A stretch of DNA of 64,000 bases from positions 47,182,001 to 47,246,000 of the forward strand of contig OZ287752.1 in assembly GCA_965649765.1 (NCBI GenBank), given 5' to 3'. Below, piece by piece: positions 63,573 to 64,000 of the stretch; position 1 is the stretch's first letter, and each line of letters begins with the position of its first letter. Source of the stretch: Bispira polyomma. Taxonomy: Eukaryota. The notes below the pieces were generated by a model. It did not search any database and was not told the origin of the DNA. It saw only the letters and a list, made by a program, of their open reading frames with translations. A program made the translations under genes and the position numbers.

Positions 63573-64000
63573 CAAACCATACTGTGATGTACTCCAACGT
63601 TTTGTCGAACTTAAAGCAATAATGCTGTATATTCTATAGTTTCCACAGTTTCACAGATCATTCCTGGTCCTGAGAGTTTCCTTCTTTAAAGCAATCCATT
63701 TCTAAATGAGCAGCATGTGGAGTAGCCACTTTACAGTGTCTGTAGCTGTAATCTGCTGTCAGTCAGTCTATTTATTTAACAGGTAGCTGTCAATGCCACA
63801 GATATCATCTTATTCTATTCTCACCTATTAATTCCCACTTCTCACCTATCTTTATGTCCAATCCTGCCAAGTATTTGTTATTTTCTCCCACTAAGATAGG
63901 TGATCTTCAGGATAACACTAATTTGTGCCGAGAGAAGAGAAATTCCCTTTGCATACCACACCTAATAGGCAGTGTATAAGAAGATGAGCCCTGTCTACAG

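Overview
AT-rich, CpG-poor animal genomic DNA; the repeat families and gene style suggest a marine invertebrate, probably a lophotrochozoan (inference). There are two protein-coding genes in tail-to-tail orientation. (1) A five-coding-exon FGF8/17/18-family gene on the + strand, reconstructed by hand because the ORF track catches it only in pieces: CDS 10570-10628, 14572-14617, 18305-18512, 26167-26273, 40618-41049, 283 aa. It has a signal peptide, a putative pro-segment, a divergent beta-trefoil with an extra Cys pair, and a His/Arg/Pro-rich C-terminal tail carrying a duplicated YAP[DN][VI]D motif. (2) A rhodopsin-class peptide GPCR of the FMRFamide-receptor-like group on the - strand with an uninterrupted CDS (48275-49561). 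About a fifth of the window is made of unrelated tandem arrays with 22-147 bp units. Mobile elements include an L2/CR1 LINE remnant, two copies of one Harbinger transposase pseudogene (one interrupted by a nested TIR element), two related Harbinger-type MITEs bracketing the GPCR exon, a tRNA-derived SINE, and a complete non-autonomous Helentron (HINE) with 147-bp internal repeats. No CRISPR array, rRNA or intact tRNA was found. All alignments were done by eye from remembered family motifs; no searches were run.
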